In this document: in pieces, positions 27,471 through 36,907 of the stretch | Layout of the letters: each line of letters begins with the position of its first letter | Numbering within the stretch: the first letter of the stretch is position 1 | Source of the DNA: Phycisphaeraceae bacterium | GTDB taxonomy: Bacteria > Planctomycetota > Phycisphaerae > Phycisphaerales > Phycisphaeraceae | NCBI GenBank assembly: GCA_020851735.1 | Contig: JADZCD010000022.1 | Location: 6,438-70,437 of the forward strand | DNA: 64,000 nt | Reading direction: 5' to 3' | Notes under the pieces: model-generated | Databases searched by the model: none | What the model was told of the DNA's origin: nothing | Seen by the model: the letters and a program-made list of their open reading frames with translations, nothing else | Position numbers and translations under genes: made by a program

Positions 27471-28757
27471 TCACTTGGTCGTGAGCGCCTGCTCGAGCTT
27501 TTCGCTTAGCTGAGCGACGTCCTCGCCTTTTTCCTTGGCTTCCTTAAGCCACAAGCGATGTTCCGCCAATGCTTGATGGGCGCTAAGAGCCATCTTCACC
27601 GCCACCACGCGTGTATGGCCGTCGTCCAGCGCGTCAAAAAGAGCCTTGGCTATTTCCTGCGCGGGGGCGGTCTTGCCCGCCGCCAGCAGGCCCGCGTAGA
27701 GCAGCGATCCTCTGGCGCGCAGGTCGTCCTCCATTAAGTCCACGGTGCGCGCGCGCCGGTCGTCCTCCGGCCATTGGGCAAAAGTGTCCATGCCCGCGGC
27801 ATAGTCCTGTTTCATCTTCGCGAAGGCTGCCGACGGATCCGGATCCAACAAATGCAGGTCTGTCCACCGGTCGGCCTTGACCAGCAGCATGGTCAAACAC
27901 GTTCCGAGTGCCTGCATATCCGCTGGCCCGGCAGGGGTCTGCTTGATGGCGTCAAACCAGGCCAGGGGAGCCGCGGTGGTTCCCTGCAGATAGTTCAAAC
28001 AAACAAAAGCGCGTTTCTCGCTCGGGCTCGCCTGACCGGATTCGACTTTCTGCGCCAACGTCGTGGCCTGTTCATCGAGCTGCAGCAGAAGGTCGGGAGC
28101 CATCTGCTGGAGAATATTCACCTGCGCCCGCAGCCTCAAAAGCCCTTGATATTCCAGGGCGGGAGCCTGCTCGTGCAGGTTGTCGACCAGCCATCCCACC
28201 ATGCTCAGGGCTTTGGCATAATCCTTAGCCTCGGCAAACGACACCAGCAGATCCAGCTTGGCGGTAATGTCCATCGGCCCCGGCGGCGCGTTTTCGCTCT
28301 GGTAACGAAGCACACCCGAGTGGGTTTGTCCCTTCTCCAGATTCGCCATCCAGGTTAACAGCTCTTGCGGCGACAGGTACCCGACTTGCCGCTCCAGCTC
28401 CTTGCCGTCCTTGAACACGATCAGCGTGGGAAAATACTCGATGTTCAACTCTTCCACCGCCGATCGGTCCTGATCCCCGTCCACCTGATAGGCCAGCGCC
28501 TTGGTCTGGAAATACTCCCGCACCTGGGCGTTCGGCCAGGTGTTGCGCTCCATCATCTTGCACGGCGGGCACCAGTCGGTCATCACGTCCACCAGCAGCA
28601 GCTTGCCTTCCTTCTGCGCCTGGCCCTTGGCTTGAGATAGATCGACTCCCTGCAGGAATAGCCCCTCCTGCTTTTCCGCCGCCCGCAGCGACACCGATAA
28701 CGCCCACACCGCTAAAAAACCCCCAGCCAGGAGGATCCAGGAGATTCGTTTGGACAT
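27471..28757 (-). CDS. secreted thioredoxin-domain protein with a helical C-terminal region
   Basis: Signal peptide MSKRISWILLAGGFLAVWALS, a WCPPCK active site and YFPTLIVF. Confidence 0.75.
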   Translation of the reverse strand: MSKRISWILLAGGFLAVWALSVSLRAAEKQEGLFLQGVDLSQAKGQAQKEGKLLLVDVMTDWCPPCKMMERNTWPNAQVREYFQTKALAYQVDGDQDRSAVEELNIEYFPTLIVFKDGKELERQVGYLSPQELLTWMANLEKGQTHSGVLRYQSENAPPGPMDITAKLDLLVSFAEAKDYAKALSMVGWLVDNLHEQAPALEYQGLLRLRAQVNILQQMAPDLLLQLDEQATTLAQKVESGQASPSEKRAFVCLNYLQGTTAAPLAWFDAIKQTPAGPADMQALGTCLTMLLVKADRWTDLHLLDPDPSAAFAKMKQDYAAGMDTFAQWPEDDRRARTVDLMEDDLRARGSLLYAGLLAAGKTAPAQEIAKALFDALDDGHTRVVAVKMALSAHQALAEHRLWLKEAKEKGEDVAQLSEKLEQALTTK

Positions 28758-28913
28758 GGGAATCCTTTCTCCATCAGCGCTTGGGAATGGCCCGCTTTGC
28801 GCGCCACGGTCCATAATTCTAGCCGCCTGGCCCGGCCCGCGACGATCCCTGGGGATCTATACGTCTCCGTATCGGCGCCAGGTTCAAATCACAGGGTCGA
28901 TGTTGCTTTTGCC

Positions 28914-30812
28914 CTAAACCAGCCGATCCAGCGCCAGCCCATGGGCTTCGTGATAGCGCCGGCCCAGATTATGCCAGTCGAAATGCTCGCTGAAGGACTC
29001 GACGTTGTTCCGCAGCGCGATCCGTTCGCGGCGATTCAGCTGCGTGAAGCGGAACATCAGGTCGCCTAATTGCTCCGCCGCCTGGTGGAAGTCCGCGTCC
29101 CGCCGGCGCAGGACATACAGTCCCTTTTCCTCGTGGTCCGGCAACAGCTGGATCAGGTACGACCCGAAGCCCGACAAGTCGCTGGTGATCGCCGGCACGC
29201 CCAAGGCGATGGACTCCAGCGGGGTGTAGCCCCACGGCTCGTAGTAGCTGGGGAAGACGCCCAGGTGGCAGCCGCGCACGAATTGCTCGTATTCCAGCCC
29301 GAACAGCGGACTGGTGGTGGAAATAAAGTCCGGGTGATACACCACCTTCACGCGGTCGTCGGCATGATTCCACAGCCGGCAGGTGCGCAATTGGTTGAGC
29401 ACTTCGTCGTGCTGATCGTCCTGCAGATCGTGCGTGACGATCGGCGGCAGGTAGTTGCGCTTCCAGGCCTGGATGGCCCGCCGCAGCCGCAGACGCCAGT
29501 AGTCATCGACGAGGGTGTTTAAGTCCGGGATGCGCCCCTGGGCCGCGGCCGAGAGCATGCGCTGGCCGATCTGCTCCTGAAACGCTTCGCCGATGACCCG
29601 GAACTCGTCAAGCATGGCGCTGGACTGCAGCGCCCCGACGCTGATGGACTTAAACGGCCGGCGCGTCACCAGGAACGCCACCACCGTCCGGTCCACGTTG
29701 CTCTGCCGCATCCGCCAGTTCAGCCGGGCCAGGGCTTCAATGGTCAGGTCCATGCCCTTGTTGCGATACTCGTAGCGCCCGGAGGTGAAGATGTACAGCG
29801 TCTTGTCCAGATCAAAGTGGTAACTGGGGAAAAAATGCCCCATCGTGAACTGGTGGATCTTCTCTTTGTATTTGCTGTGCAGGTTCTGGAACTCATGCAC
29901 CGCGGCGAAACGCTGAATGTTCAGGCCGTTGGGCAGTAAGACGTCCGGGGCCCGCCCCAATAGATGCCGGCATTCCTGCGCGGTGACGTCCGACACGGTG
30001 GTGAACACGTGCGCCCCGTGCGCCGCGGCCCGCTCCAGCCCGTGATGAGCCTCCACGTTGTAGCGCTTGGCTTCGACGGTGGGGTTAAACGCCCCTAAGT
30101 GTTGATAGAACTGCAGATCGTGCATCGCCAGGTACCGGCCCAGCTGGGTGGCGTGCGTGGTGAACACCGTCGCCCCCGGCCACTGATCGTGACGCAGCAT
30201 GGGAATGGCGATGCCACCCATCCACTCGTGGAAATGCGCCACCAGCCGGCGGCGCCCGGACTGCCGCTTGGCTAAAAGCCACAGGAACTGCCGCACCGCC
30301 TCGGCGAAGGCTGAGCAATCGTTGATGATGCTGTCGTTGGGCGGCAGCGCGATGCCGTGGTCCGCCCAGATGCGATACTTCACCTCGTGCAGCCGGCTCC
30401 ACACGTCCCCGTGATGCAGCAGCACCACGTGCGGCCGGCCCGTCACCAGCCAGCGCCCGAACTGAGCGCCGATGCCCGCCTCGTGCAATTGCTTGACCGC
30501 CTGTCCGAACGGCCCGACCAGGGGCGCGGGCTCAAACTCGATCGACGCGGTGTGGCCCTGATACGGCCCGACCAGGCAATAGCGATTGCCCCAGCGGGCC
30601 ACCATGCTCGGCACCTTCGAACGCAGAACCTGATAAATCCCCCCGACCTGGTTGCACACCTCCCAGGACACTTCCACCAACAGCGGTTCGTTGCGGCGCG
30701 TACCCGCCGCCCCGCCAGCATCAGGGCGAGTTGATGGCTTGGCCGAGGTTTCCGCCGCGCTTTCTGATGCCGCTTGCGTGGGTTTGCCCATTCGGGTGAC
30801 GACCTTGATCAA
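28914..30812 (-). CDS. GT3-family (eukaryote-type) glycogen synthase
   Basis: VEVSWEVCNQVGGIYQVLRSK closely resembles the animal/fungal glycogen synthase N-terminal motif (EV.WEV.NKVGGIYTV). About 630 aa. Confidence 0.8.
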   Translation of the reverse strand: MIKVVTRMGKPTQAASESAAETSAKPSTRPDAGGAAGTRRNEPLLVEVSWEVCNQVGGIYQVLRSKVPSMVARWGNRYCLVGPYQGHTASIEFEPAPLVGPFGQAVKQLHEAGIGAQFGRWLVTGRPHVVLLHHGDVWSRLHEVKYRIWADHGIALPPNDSIINDCSAFAEAVRQFLWLLAKRQSGRRRLVAHFHEWMGGIAIPMLRHDQWPGATVFTTHATQLGRYLAMHDLQFYQHLGAFNPTVEAKRYNVEAHHGLERAAAHGAHVFTTVSDVTAQECRHLLGRAPDVLLPNGLNIQRFAAVHEFQNLHSKYKEKIHQFTMGHFFPSYHFDLDKTLYIFTSGRYEYRNKGMDLTIEALARLNWRMRQSNVDRTVVAFLVTRRPFKSISVGALQSSAMLDEFRVIGEAFQEQIGQRMLSAAAQGRIPDLNTLVDDYWRLRLRRAIQAWKRNYLPPIVTHDLQDDQHDEVLNQLRTCRLWNHADDRVKVVYHPDFISTTSPLFGLEYEQFVRGCHLGVFPSYYEPWGYTPLESIALGVPAITSDLSGFGSYLIQLLPDHEEKGLYVLRRRDADFHQAAEQLGDLMFRFTQLNRRERIALRNNVESFSEHFDWHNLGRRYHEAHGLALDRLV

Positions 30813-31001
30813 TCTGTGTGCGATTGCGCCGCCCCCCTTGACTGGGCCTAATTGTACTTTTGCTTTCTCTTTCCTGCATCAGCAGGCGCCGACGATGTGC
30901 CTAAGTTCCATAAAGCAGGCGCACAATCACCGCCTGGGGACGTGCCCCGCTCGTTGCGGTCACCGCTATCGGGGAGATTAGCAGCCGGTGGCCGTGCGTT
31001 T

Positions 31002-31095
31002 AGCTTCCGAGGACGAGGGTATTCGCTTCCGGGGGTTCCCGGGGGCGGAGTTAACTTCCGGGGGTGGAGCTAACTTCCGGGGGGCCGGGGAGGTC
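31002..31095. repeat. CTTCCGGGG tandem array overlapping the yggS 3' end
   Basis: TAGCTTCCGAGG..TCGCTTCCGGGGGTTCCCGGGGGCGGAGTTAACTTCCGGGGGTGGAGCTAACTTCCGGGGGGCC. The yggS stop TAG (31070-31072) lies in a unit spacer. Confidence 0.85.
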
Positions 31096-31975
31096 CGAAT
31101 AACGCGGTTCCCACGCGCACCAGGTTGGCGCCTTCCTCGATGGCCACCATAAAGTCACCGCTCATGCCCATCGACAACAGATCGAAATGCCCACCCAGCG
31201 CCGGGCGCCCGCGCAGTTCAGCGAACAACTCCGCGCCGCGGGCGAATATCGGCCGGGCGTTTTCCGGGTTGTCGCTGTAAGGAGCCATGGTCATCAGCCC
31301 CCGCACACGCAGTCCCGGCAAGCGGGCGGCATAGTCCACCAGGTTTCTTGCTTCGGCCAGACTCGCCCCGTGCTTGCTCTCTTCCCCGCTGATGTTCACT
31401 TCGATCAAGACATCCAGACGCTCCCAGGCGTCGCTCGGCCCAACCGCGTCGTCCAGGCCGCGGGCCTGCTGGGCTGCTTCGTTTAGTTTCTCAGCCAGAC
31501 GCACGCTGTCGACGCCATGAATCAACGCGGCCAACCCCATCACCGCCTTGGCTTTGTTCCTCTGTAAATGACCGATCATGTGCCACCGCACCCCCCCCGC
31601 CCCCGGAAGGCCCGGAAGTCCCGGAAGTGATCTTGACCGGTCCGCCTGTAAAGCCCCCGGATCTGCCGGGGGGTGCGTCCCCGCCCCCCCACTGCCTTGT
31701 TCGCGTTTTCCGGCTTCGATCGGTTCAATCACCGGAGGCCAGCCGCCGGCAGCCAACTCGCTTGCTCGCTGGCTGAGCTGCTGGACACGGTTCTCCCCTA
31801 AGTGTCTGTGGCCGATCTCCAGGAGCTCTCGAATCTGACCCATCGACGCGCTCTTGGTCACCGCCACCAGACGCACCGAATCCGCCGGCCGATGGCTGCG
31901 GGCCGCCGCCGCCGCGATCTGCTCCATGACTCGTTGATATGCCTGCCGCATCAGAACCCGATATTTTACCCCCAC
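31070..31975 (-). CDS. yggS: YggS-family pyridoxal-phosphate homeostasis protein with an internal repeat insert
   Basis: VAVTKS..GENRVQQL..WHMIGHLQRNK..LRGLMTMAP..LSMGMSGDF..GANLVRVGTALFG. About 55 extra residues lie between GENRVQ and WHMIGHLQ. Confidence 0.85.
   Translation of the reverse strand: MGVKYRVLMRQAYQRVMEQIAAAAARSHRPADSVRLVAVTKSASMGQIRELLEIGHRHLGENRVQQLSQRASELAAGGWPPVIEPIEAGKREQGSGGAGTHPPADPGALQADRSRSLPGLPGLPGAGGVRWHMIGHLQRNKAKAVMGLAALIHGVDSVRLAEKLNEAAQQARGLDDAVGPSDAWERLDVLIEVNISGEESKHGASLAEARNLVDYAARLPGLRVRGLMTMAPYSDNPENARPIFARGAELFAELRGRPALGGHFDLLSMGMSGDFMVAIEEGANLVRVGTALFGPPRPPGS
31589..31680. repeat. CCGGAAG units plus hairpin-B variant inside yggS
   Basis: CCCCCCCCGCCCCCGGAAGGCCCGGAAGTCCCGGAAGTG..AAAGCCCCCGGATCTGCCGGGGGGTGC. 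Confidence 0.85.
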
Positions 31976-32048
31976 CCCCGGAAGTTACCCCCCGAATTCC
32001 CCTGCCTCAGCGCCTAACTCCTAATTCCTGACTCCCAACTCCTGCCCT

Positions 32049-32711
32049 TCACCCCGCCCGGCGGGACCGCGCTTCTTCCGATATGGTCTTCTCTTCTTCC
32101 GGCCCGACCACCGCCACCGGCTCCACCGCGACTATGGATCGGCGCAATCGCTGGTAAATCACCATCACCACGATTCCCACCACGATCGTGCCCACGATGA
32201 TCGCTTCCCAGTCCTTGATCTGTTCATGAATGCGATCGAACTCAGCCGCGAACAGGTACCCCAGCGTCACGATCGTCGGCACGCTGATCAGCGCCGCGGA
32301 ACCGTCAAAGACCACCATCTTCCACACCGGCGTGCGGCAGGCCCCCGCGGTGAAGAACACAGCCGAGCGCACGCCCGGCAAAAAGCGCGCGACAAACAGC
32401 GTCTTGCCGCCATGCTTGATGAACGCCCGCTCTGCCTTGTCCAGATGACGCTGGTCCAGGAAACGACGCAGCAGCGGCAGCTTCGTCGCATGCTGGCCGA
32501 ACTTTCGCCCTACAAAGAACAGGATGATGTCCGCGCCGATCACCGCCAGAAAAGTAATCGGAATCATCAACCACAATTCCGCTGTGCCGATGGCGCACAG
32601 ATAACCAGCTATTAAGAGAGGCAAGTCCTCAGGCAGAGGTAATCCGAATCCGCTGGCCAGCAGCACCAGGACCACGCCCAGGTAAGTGAAATGCGTTATG
32701 AATTGTTCCAT
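32049..32711 (-). CDS. DedA-family membrane protein
   Basis: GLPLPEDLPLLIAGYL..GRKFG..FIKHGGKTLFVARFLPGVRS. Confidence 0.85.
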   Translation of the reverse strand: MEQFITHFTYLGVVLVLLASGFGLPLPEDLPLLIAGYLCAIGTAELWLMIPITFLAVIGADIILFFVGRKFGQHATKLPLLRRFLDQRHLDKAERAFIKHGGKTLFVARFLPGVRSAVFFTAGACRTPVWKMVVFDGSAALISVPTIVTLGYLFAAEFDRIHEQIKDWEAIIVGTIVVGIVVMVIYQRLRRSIVAVEPVAVVGPEEEKTISEEARSRRAG

Positions 32712-32887
32712 GGGGTGCTCTATAGTGGCGTGGCGTCGACGGCTGGGCGTCGGCCTACACCACTATCGTCACTTCCTTACCGTTTTTCCCACATCCTGGT
32801 TCCATCAATTCCGGGCAACCTCAGTAAGTAGATCCTTTTGGGCCTTCCAGGTGGCTTTTTGGACCCTTACAAGGACCGAAGTCTAAT

Positions 32888-32946
32888 TTTCCGGGGTTTA
32901 CGGGTACTTCCGGGGGTACTTCCGGGGGTACTTCCGGAGGTGGGGT
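32888..32946. repeat. three near-perfect 12-nt units GTACTTCCGGGG
   Basis: Units at 32904-32915, 32916-32927 and 32928-32939 (the third is GTACTTCCGGAG). Confidence 0.9.
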
Positions 32947-34404
32947 CTATTCTAGTGAGCCGGGGTCTGGTTGGGCAGCTTTATTTTTTTGAGCTTGACG
33001 AATCTTTTGGCCAACCCACGCCAAGGCCTCCTCCCGGCTGGCAAATTCACCCTCCAGCTGTGCATCGTAAGTCATTTGCAGCAATTGACCTAACTCAGGT
33101 CCTGGCTGACAGCCTAAGGCTATCAGGTCATTTCCATCAATCAATGGTTTTGGCGCTACGCCTTGGGCGATCAAGTCCGGCGATTCCCTGGCGATAGTCT
33201 TCCCAATTTCACCTAGCAACCCCCCCACCGCCTTTTGCCCAGCGTCCTTGCTCTTCGCCCAGCCCTCGCCCATGGCCTTGAGCAATTGGCAGGCAGCCTC
33301 GAATCGATACTCCGCCATCAGGTGCTTCTTGCCTGCGATGTTCTCCTGGGACCAGGAAAGCAGCTTGACCATCACTTCGATGGTCTCCTGCAGGTCCGAC
33401 CGCTGATCATTGCTCAGGCACAGCGCCTCGCGCCAGCGATTGACCCATTCTTCAAGCCCAGAATGAACACCGTTGACAATTGGCAGGCAGATTACGACGT
33501 CAGCCGACCCATTCTGCGAACCGTGTTCGCGCGTGGTCCCCAATTCACGCGAACGACGTTCAAAATCCGCCCAGAACGTTCGACCAAACCGCCTGTCCAG
33601 CATCCATGCCGCCAATGCGGCGCCGTAGTCCGCCGTGGGGTCTTGCTCTAAAGCACTCAAAATAAGCAAATTACATGTGCTGTTGTCCTCCTGGAGCGTG
33701 GGTGCGTCCAGGGCTAATTCCTGAACCAAGTTCGCCGCCAGAGCAGGCCTTGGCCCGGTCAACATCCAAAGCACTTCCTGTCCGATGCGTTCCCGGCTGA
33801 TGCGATTAAGGCTCGTCGCATGCCTGCGGATGGCTTTGGCGGTCTGCTCTTCGATAGTGAACCCCAATCGCGCGGCAAAACGCACCGCCCTCAGCAAGCG
33901 CAAAAAATCCTCGCCAAATCGCTGATCAGCGTTCCCTACGCTGCGCAAAATCTTCCGCCGCAGGTCATCCAGCCCCCCCACGTAGTCAATAATCCGCTGT
34001 TTCGGATCCTCCGCCAGGGGATTCTCAAACAGGGCGTTAACCGTAAAATCCCGCCGGCTGGCGTCGCTGGGGGCGTCGGAAAACTCCACAAAGTCGGGCC
34101 GACGACCATCGCTGTATTCCCCCTCCCGCCGAAACGTCGCCACCTCCACGTAAACCCCCAACTGCCGCACCAGCACCACCCCAAAGGCCTCGCCCACCAG
34201 CCTGCTGCCCCGAAACAGCGATCGCACCCGCTCCGGCACCGCGTCCGTCGCCACGTCGTAGTCCTTCGGCTCCAATCCCAAAAGCTCATCGCGCACGCAA
34301 CCCCCCGCCAGATAGGCCACGTGGCCTGCCTGCTGAAGCACCTTCACAATGGCTGTCGCAGCTTCACGAGCGGGATGATCTTGATCTAGGGAAGACCCAG
34401 TCAT
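32947..34404 (-). CDS. CCA-adding enzyme / poly(A) polymerase family tRNA nucleotidyltransferase
   Basis: AYLAGGCVRDELLGLEPKDYDVATDA and RRDFTVNAL. I chose the start at 34404 (MTGSSLDQD) because the 37-codon upstream extension to 34515 is entirely repeat DNA. Confidence 0.85.
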   Translation of the reverse strand: MTGSSLDQDHPAREAATAIVKVLQQAGHVAYLAGGCVRDELLGLEPKDYDVATDAVPERVRSLFRGSRLVGEAFGVVLVRQLGVYVEVATFRREGEYSDGRRPDFVEFSDAPSDASRRDFTVNALFENPLAEDPKQRIIDYVGGLDDLRRKILRSVGNADQRFGEDFLRLLRAVRFAARLGFTIEEQTAKAIRRHATSLNRISRERIGQEVLWMLTGPRPALAANLVQELALDAPTLQEDNSTCNLLILSALEQDPTADYGAALAAWMLDRRFGRTFWADFERRSRELGTTREHGSQNGSADVVICLPIVNGVHSGLEEWVNRWREALCLSNDQRSDLQETIEVMVKLLSWSQENIAGKKHLMAEYRFEAACQLLKAMGEGWAKSKDAGQKAVGGLLGEIGKTIARESPDLIAQGVAPKPLIDGNDLIALGCQPGPELGQLLQMTYDAQLEGEFASREEALAWVGQKIRQAQKNKAAQPDPGSLE

Positions 34405-34416
34405 GCCTCGCCAGTG

Positions 34417-34556
34417 TACCCCCCCACCCCCACCCCCGGAAGCCCCCACCCCCCGGAAGTTTCCCCCGGAAGTCCCCCCGGAAGTTCCCCCGGAAGGCAT
34501 GGCCCCGCAAGCCACCGCTCCGCAAGTGGATACCCCCGGAAGTGGATACCCCCTGG
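34417..34556. repeat. CCCCGGAAG tandem array (about 6 units)
   Basis: CCCCCACCCCCGGAAGCCCCCACCCCCCGGAAGTTTCCCCCGGAAGTCCCCCCGGAAGTTCCCCCGGAAGGC..ACCCCCGGAAGTGGATACCCCC. Confidence 0.9.
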
Positions 34557-34700
34557 CCCCAAAGCTGAACGTCCTCCCTTGAATGGGAGAAACACACCGC
34601 CGCAGCGCCTTAATTGGGGTCTTGTCGTCTCTTAATCTGTTTTCCAGTTATTTTCAGTGTATCTCTATGCGCCTTTGACCCAGGCCAGTACCATGCCTCT

Positions 34701-36812
34701 ATGACTTCATTTCGCTGGCCATCCAAAGGCATCAATCTCTCGGTTGTATCCTTGGTGCATCTGCTGATCGTCGCGGGGGCTGCCAACGCCGCGGAACTGT
34801 ACGTGGACCCGCAAACGGGCCGGCCCGGCAACCCCGGCACAGCTGAGGCGCCGCTGATCTCCGCTCAGGCCGCCATCGACCAGGCGCAGCCCGGCGACGT
34901 GATCCACCTCCTGCCGGCCGGCAGCGTCTATCGCGAAATGATCTCCCTGATCGACAAGAAGAACCTCACCATCCAAGGCCACGGCTGCACCCTCTCCGGG
35001 GCGGATCCTCTGCCGGCCGATCCTGCCGCGTGGGAGCAGGTGGCCGACAACCTGCGCCGCCTCAAGCTCAAGCGCACCATCGAAGATCGACATTTGTTGG
35101 TCCTAAACGGCCGCGCTGTCACCATGGGCCGCACCAAGTACAAAATCGGGCGCCTCGGGGAAATGGAGAAAAACCAGGGCTGGGAGGCCGCCCGCCAGGC
35201 GCTGATCGCCCAGTACCCCGCTCCAAATGATCTAAAAGAAGGCCAGTTCGCCTGGGAGCCGATCGATTCCCAATCCGGCTGGCTCTACGTGCGCGGTCCG
35301 TTGCAGCAGCTGGAATGGGCGACGCGCACCCAGGGCGTCTACACCTTTGGCCACACCCACGACATCACCATCCGCGATCTGCACGTCCGCCACGTCCTCA
35401 ACGATGGCTTTAATTTCCACGGCGATACTCAGAACATTCAGCTCCTTAACGTCTCGGCCAACGAATGCCTCGACAACGGCATCAGCCCCCACGCCGCCTG
35501 CTCCATGGACGTCAAGGACAGCACCTTCCAGGGGAACAGCATCGCCGTCGGCAACGGCCACATGACCCGCGCGAAAATGGTCCACTGCACCATCAGCGAC
35601 AGCGCCGACTGCGAAGTCATGGTCGTCGGCGGCAAGCAGGTCTTCGAGGACTGCACCGTCCGCGCCGCCGGCCCCGTGGCCATGCGCTTCGTCGTGGCCG
35701 AACCCAAACAGCCCTACCTGCTCAAGGAGATCGAGATGGCCGGCAAGACCCCCGAGCAGTCCTCGGACTTTTTGATGCGCCGCTGCACCGTCGCGAGCGT
35801 CGACAACAAGGTTCGCCCCATCGTCGTCGGCCCGGGCGTGAACCTGCGCATCCAGGGCTCGACCTTCCGCAACGTCCACTTCCAGATCGACGACAAGGCC
35901 AAGGTCCAGGTGACCAACAGCACCCTCGACGGCACGCCCCTGCGCCTGGGCGCCTACCGGGACCCCGACGCCGCCGGGCCCACCCCGCCCACCACGCCCG
36001 CCACCTACGGCAACGTCTCCTACGGCCCCCACCCGCGCAACATCCTCAACCTCTGGCTCGCCAAATCCGACAAGCCCACACCCCTGGTCATCCGCATCCA
36101 CGGCGGAGGCTTCCTCTCAGGTCGGCCCGACCCGCCCCTGATGCTCCAGCAGTACCTCGACGCCGGCATCTCCGTCGCTTCGATCACTTATCGCTTCTCC
36201 TCCGACGCGCCCTACCCCGCCCCCATGCTCGATTGCGCCCGCGCCGTCCAGTTCCTCCGCAGCAAGGCCCAAGAGTGGAACCTCGAACCCACGCGCTTCG
36301 CCGCCACAGGCGGCTCGGCCGGCGGCGGCATCAGTCTCTGGCTCGGCTTCCACGACGACCTGGCCGATCCCAGCAGCCCCGACCCCGTCGCCCGCTTTTC
36401 GACGCGCCTAAGCTGCATGGCCCTGGTCAACACCCAGTGCTCCTACGACCCTCGCTTCATCCGCGCCAACATCCCCGGCCCCGGCTGGCAGGCCATGCCC
36501 GTCTGGAAGCTCTTCGGCCTCGACGGGCCCACCGACAACCCCTCCGCCGAGGTCATCCGCCTCTTCGAAGAAACCTCCGTCATCAATTACCTCACGCCCG
36601 ACGACCCGCCCGTCCGCCTGACCTACACCTGGGACGAGTCCGAGGACCAGCTCACGGAAACCCACAGCATCCATCACCCGAAATTCGGCCGGATCCTCAA
36701 AGCCCGCCTCGACGAACTGGGCATCGCCAACGAATTCGTCTCCAGCGCGCCGGCCAAGGAAAGCATCGCCGACGTCGACTTTCTTGTGCGCTGCTTGCGG
36801 CTGAGCCAATAG
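34701..36812 (+). CDS. secreted right-handed beta-helix domain fused to an alpha/beta-hydrolase (esterase) domain
   Basis: Signal-like N-terminus. AELYVDP..GDVIHLLPAGSVYRE and repeated NG/beta-helix turns. The C-terminus has VIRIHGGGFLSG (HGGG oxyanion motif) and GGSAGGG (GxSxG). Confidence 0.7.
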   Translation: MTSFRWPSKGINLSVVSLVHLLIVAGAANAAELYVDPQTGRPGNPGTAEAPLISAQAAIDQAQPGDVIHLLPAGSVYREMISLIDKKNLTIQGHGCTLSGADPLPADPAAWEQVADNLRRLKLKRTIEDRHLLVLNGRAVTMGRTKYKIGRLGEMEKNQGWEAARQALIAQYPAPNDLKEGQFAWEPIDSQSGWLYVRGPLQQLEWATRTQGVYTFGHTHDITIRDLHVRHVLNDGFNFHGDTQNIQLLNVSANECLDNGISPHAACSMDVKDSTFQGNSIAVGNGHMTRAKMVHCTISDSADCEVMVVGGKQVFEDCTVRAAGPVAMRFVVAEPKQPYLLKEIEMAGKTPEQSSDFLMRRCTVASVDNKVRPIVVGPGVNLRIQGSTFRNVHFQIDDKAKVQVTNSTLDGTPLRLGAYRDPDAAGPTPPTTPATYGNVSYGPHPRNILNLWLAKSDKPTPLVIRIHGGGFLSGRPDPPLMLQQYLDAGISVASITYRFSSDAPYPAPMLDCARAVQFLRSKAQEWNLEPTRFAATGGSAGGGISLWLGFHDDLADPSSPDPVARFSTRLSCMALVNTQCSYDPRFIRANIPGPGWQAMPVWKLFGLDGPTDNPSAEVIRLFEETSVINYLTPDDPPVRLTYTWDESEDQLTETHSIHHPKFGRILKARLDELGIANEFVSSAPAKESIADVDFLVRCLRLSQ

Positions 36813-36907
36813 CCCCAATCCCGTCCGAAACCCCCTTCCTTCGCGTCGGCCTTGAATGCCACGCGCGCTGATATCCTGTTGTCGTGCACGACACGGAGGA
36901 CGACAGG

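Noticed and set aside
32947-34515. Long form of the CCA/poly(A) nucleotidyltransferase, starting at 34515
   Set aside because: The extra 37 codons (MACGAMPSGGTSGGTSGGNFRG..) are wholly CCCCGGAAG repeat DNA. The ATG at 34404 precedes the conserved domain at a normal distance.
24808-34556. Whether the CTTCCGGGG tandem arrays are CRISPR arrays
   Set aside because: The units are 11-13 nt with only 1-4 variable bases between cores. There are no 25-40 nt unique spacers and no cas genes, and the arrays are scattered at dozens of loci, including inside genes.
35232-36871. ORFs 35232-36101 (-) and 35465-36871 (+, 468 aa, extremely Arg/Pro-rich)
   Set aside because: These are alternative frames of the beta-helix/esterase gene. 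Their composition (RRRR, PRP runs) is not protein-like.
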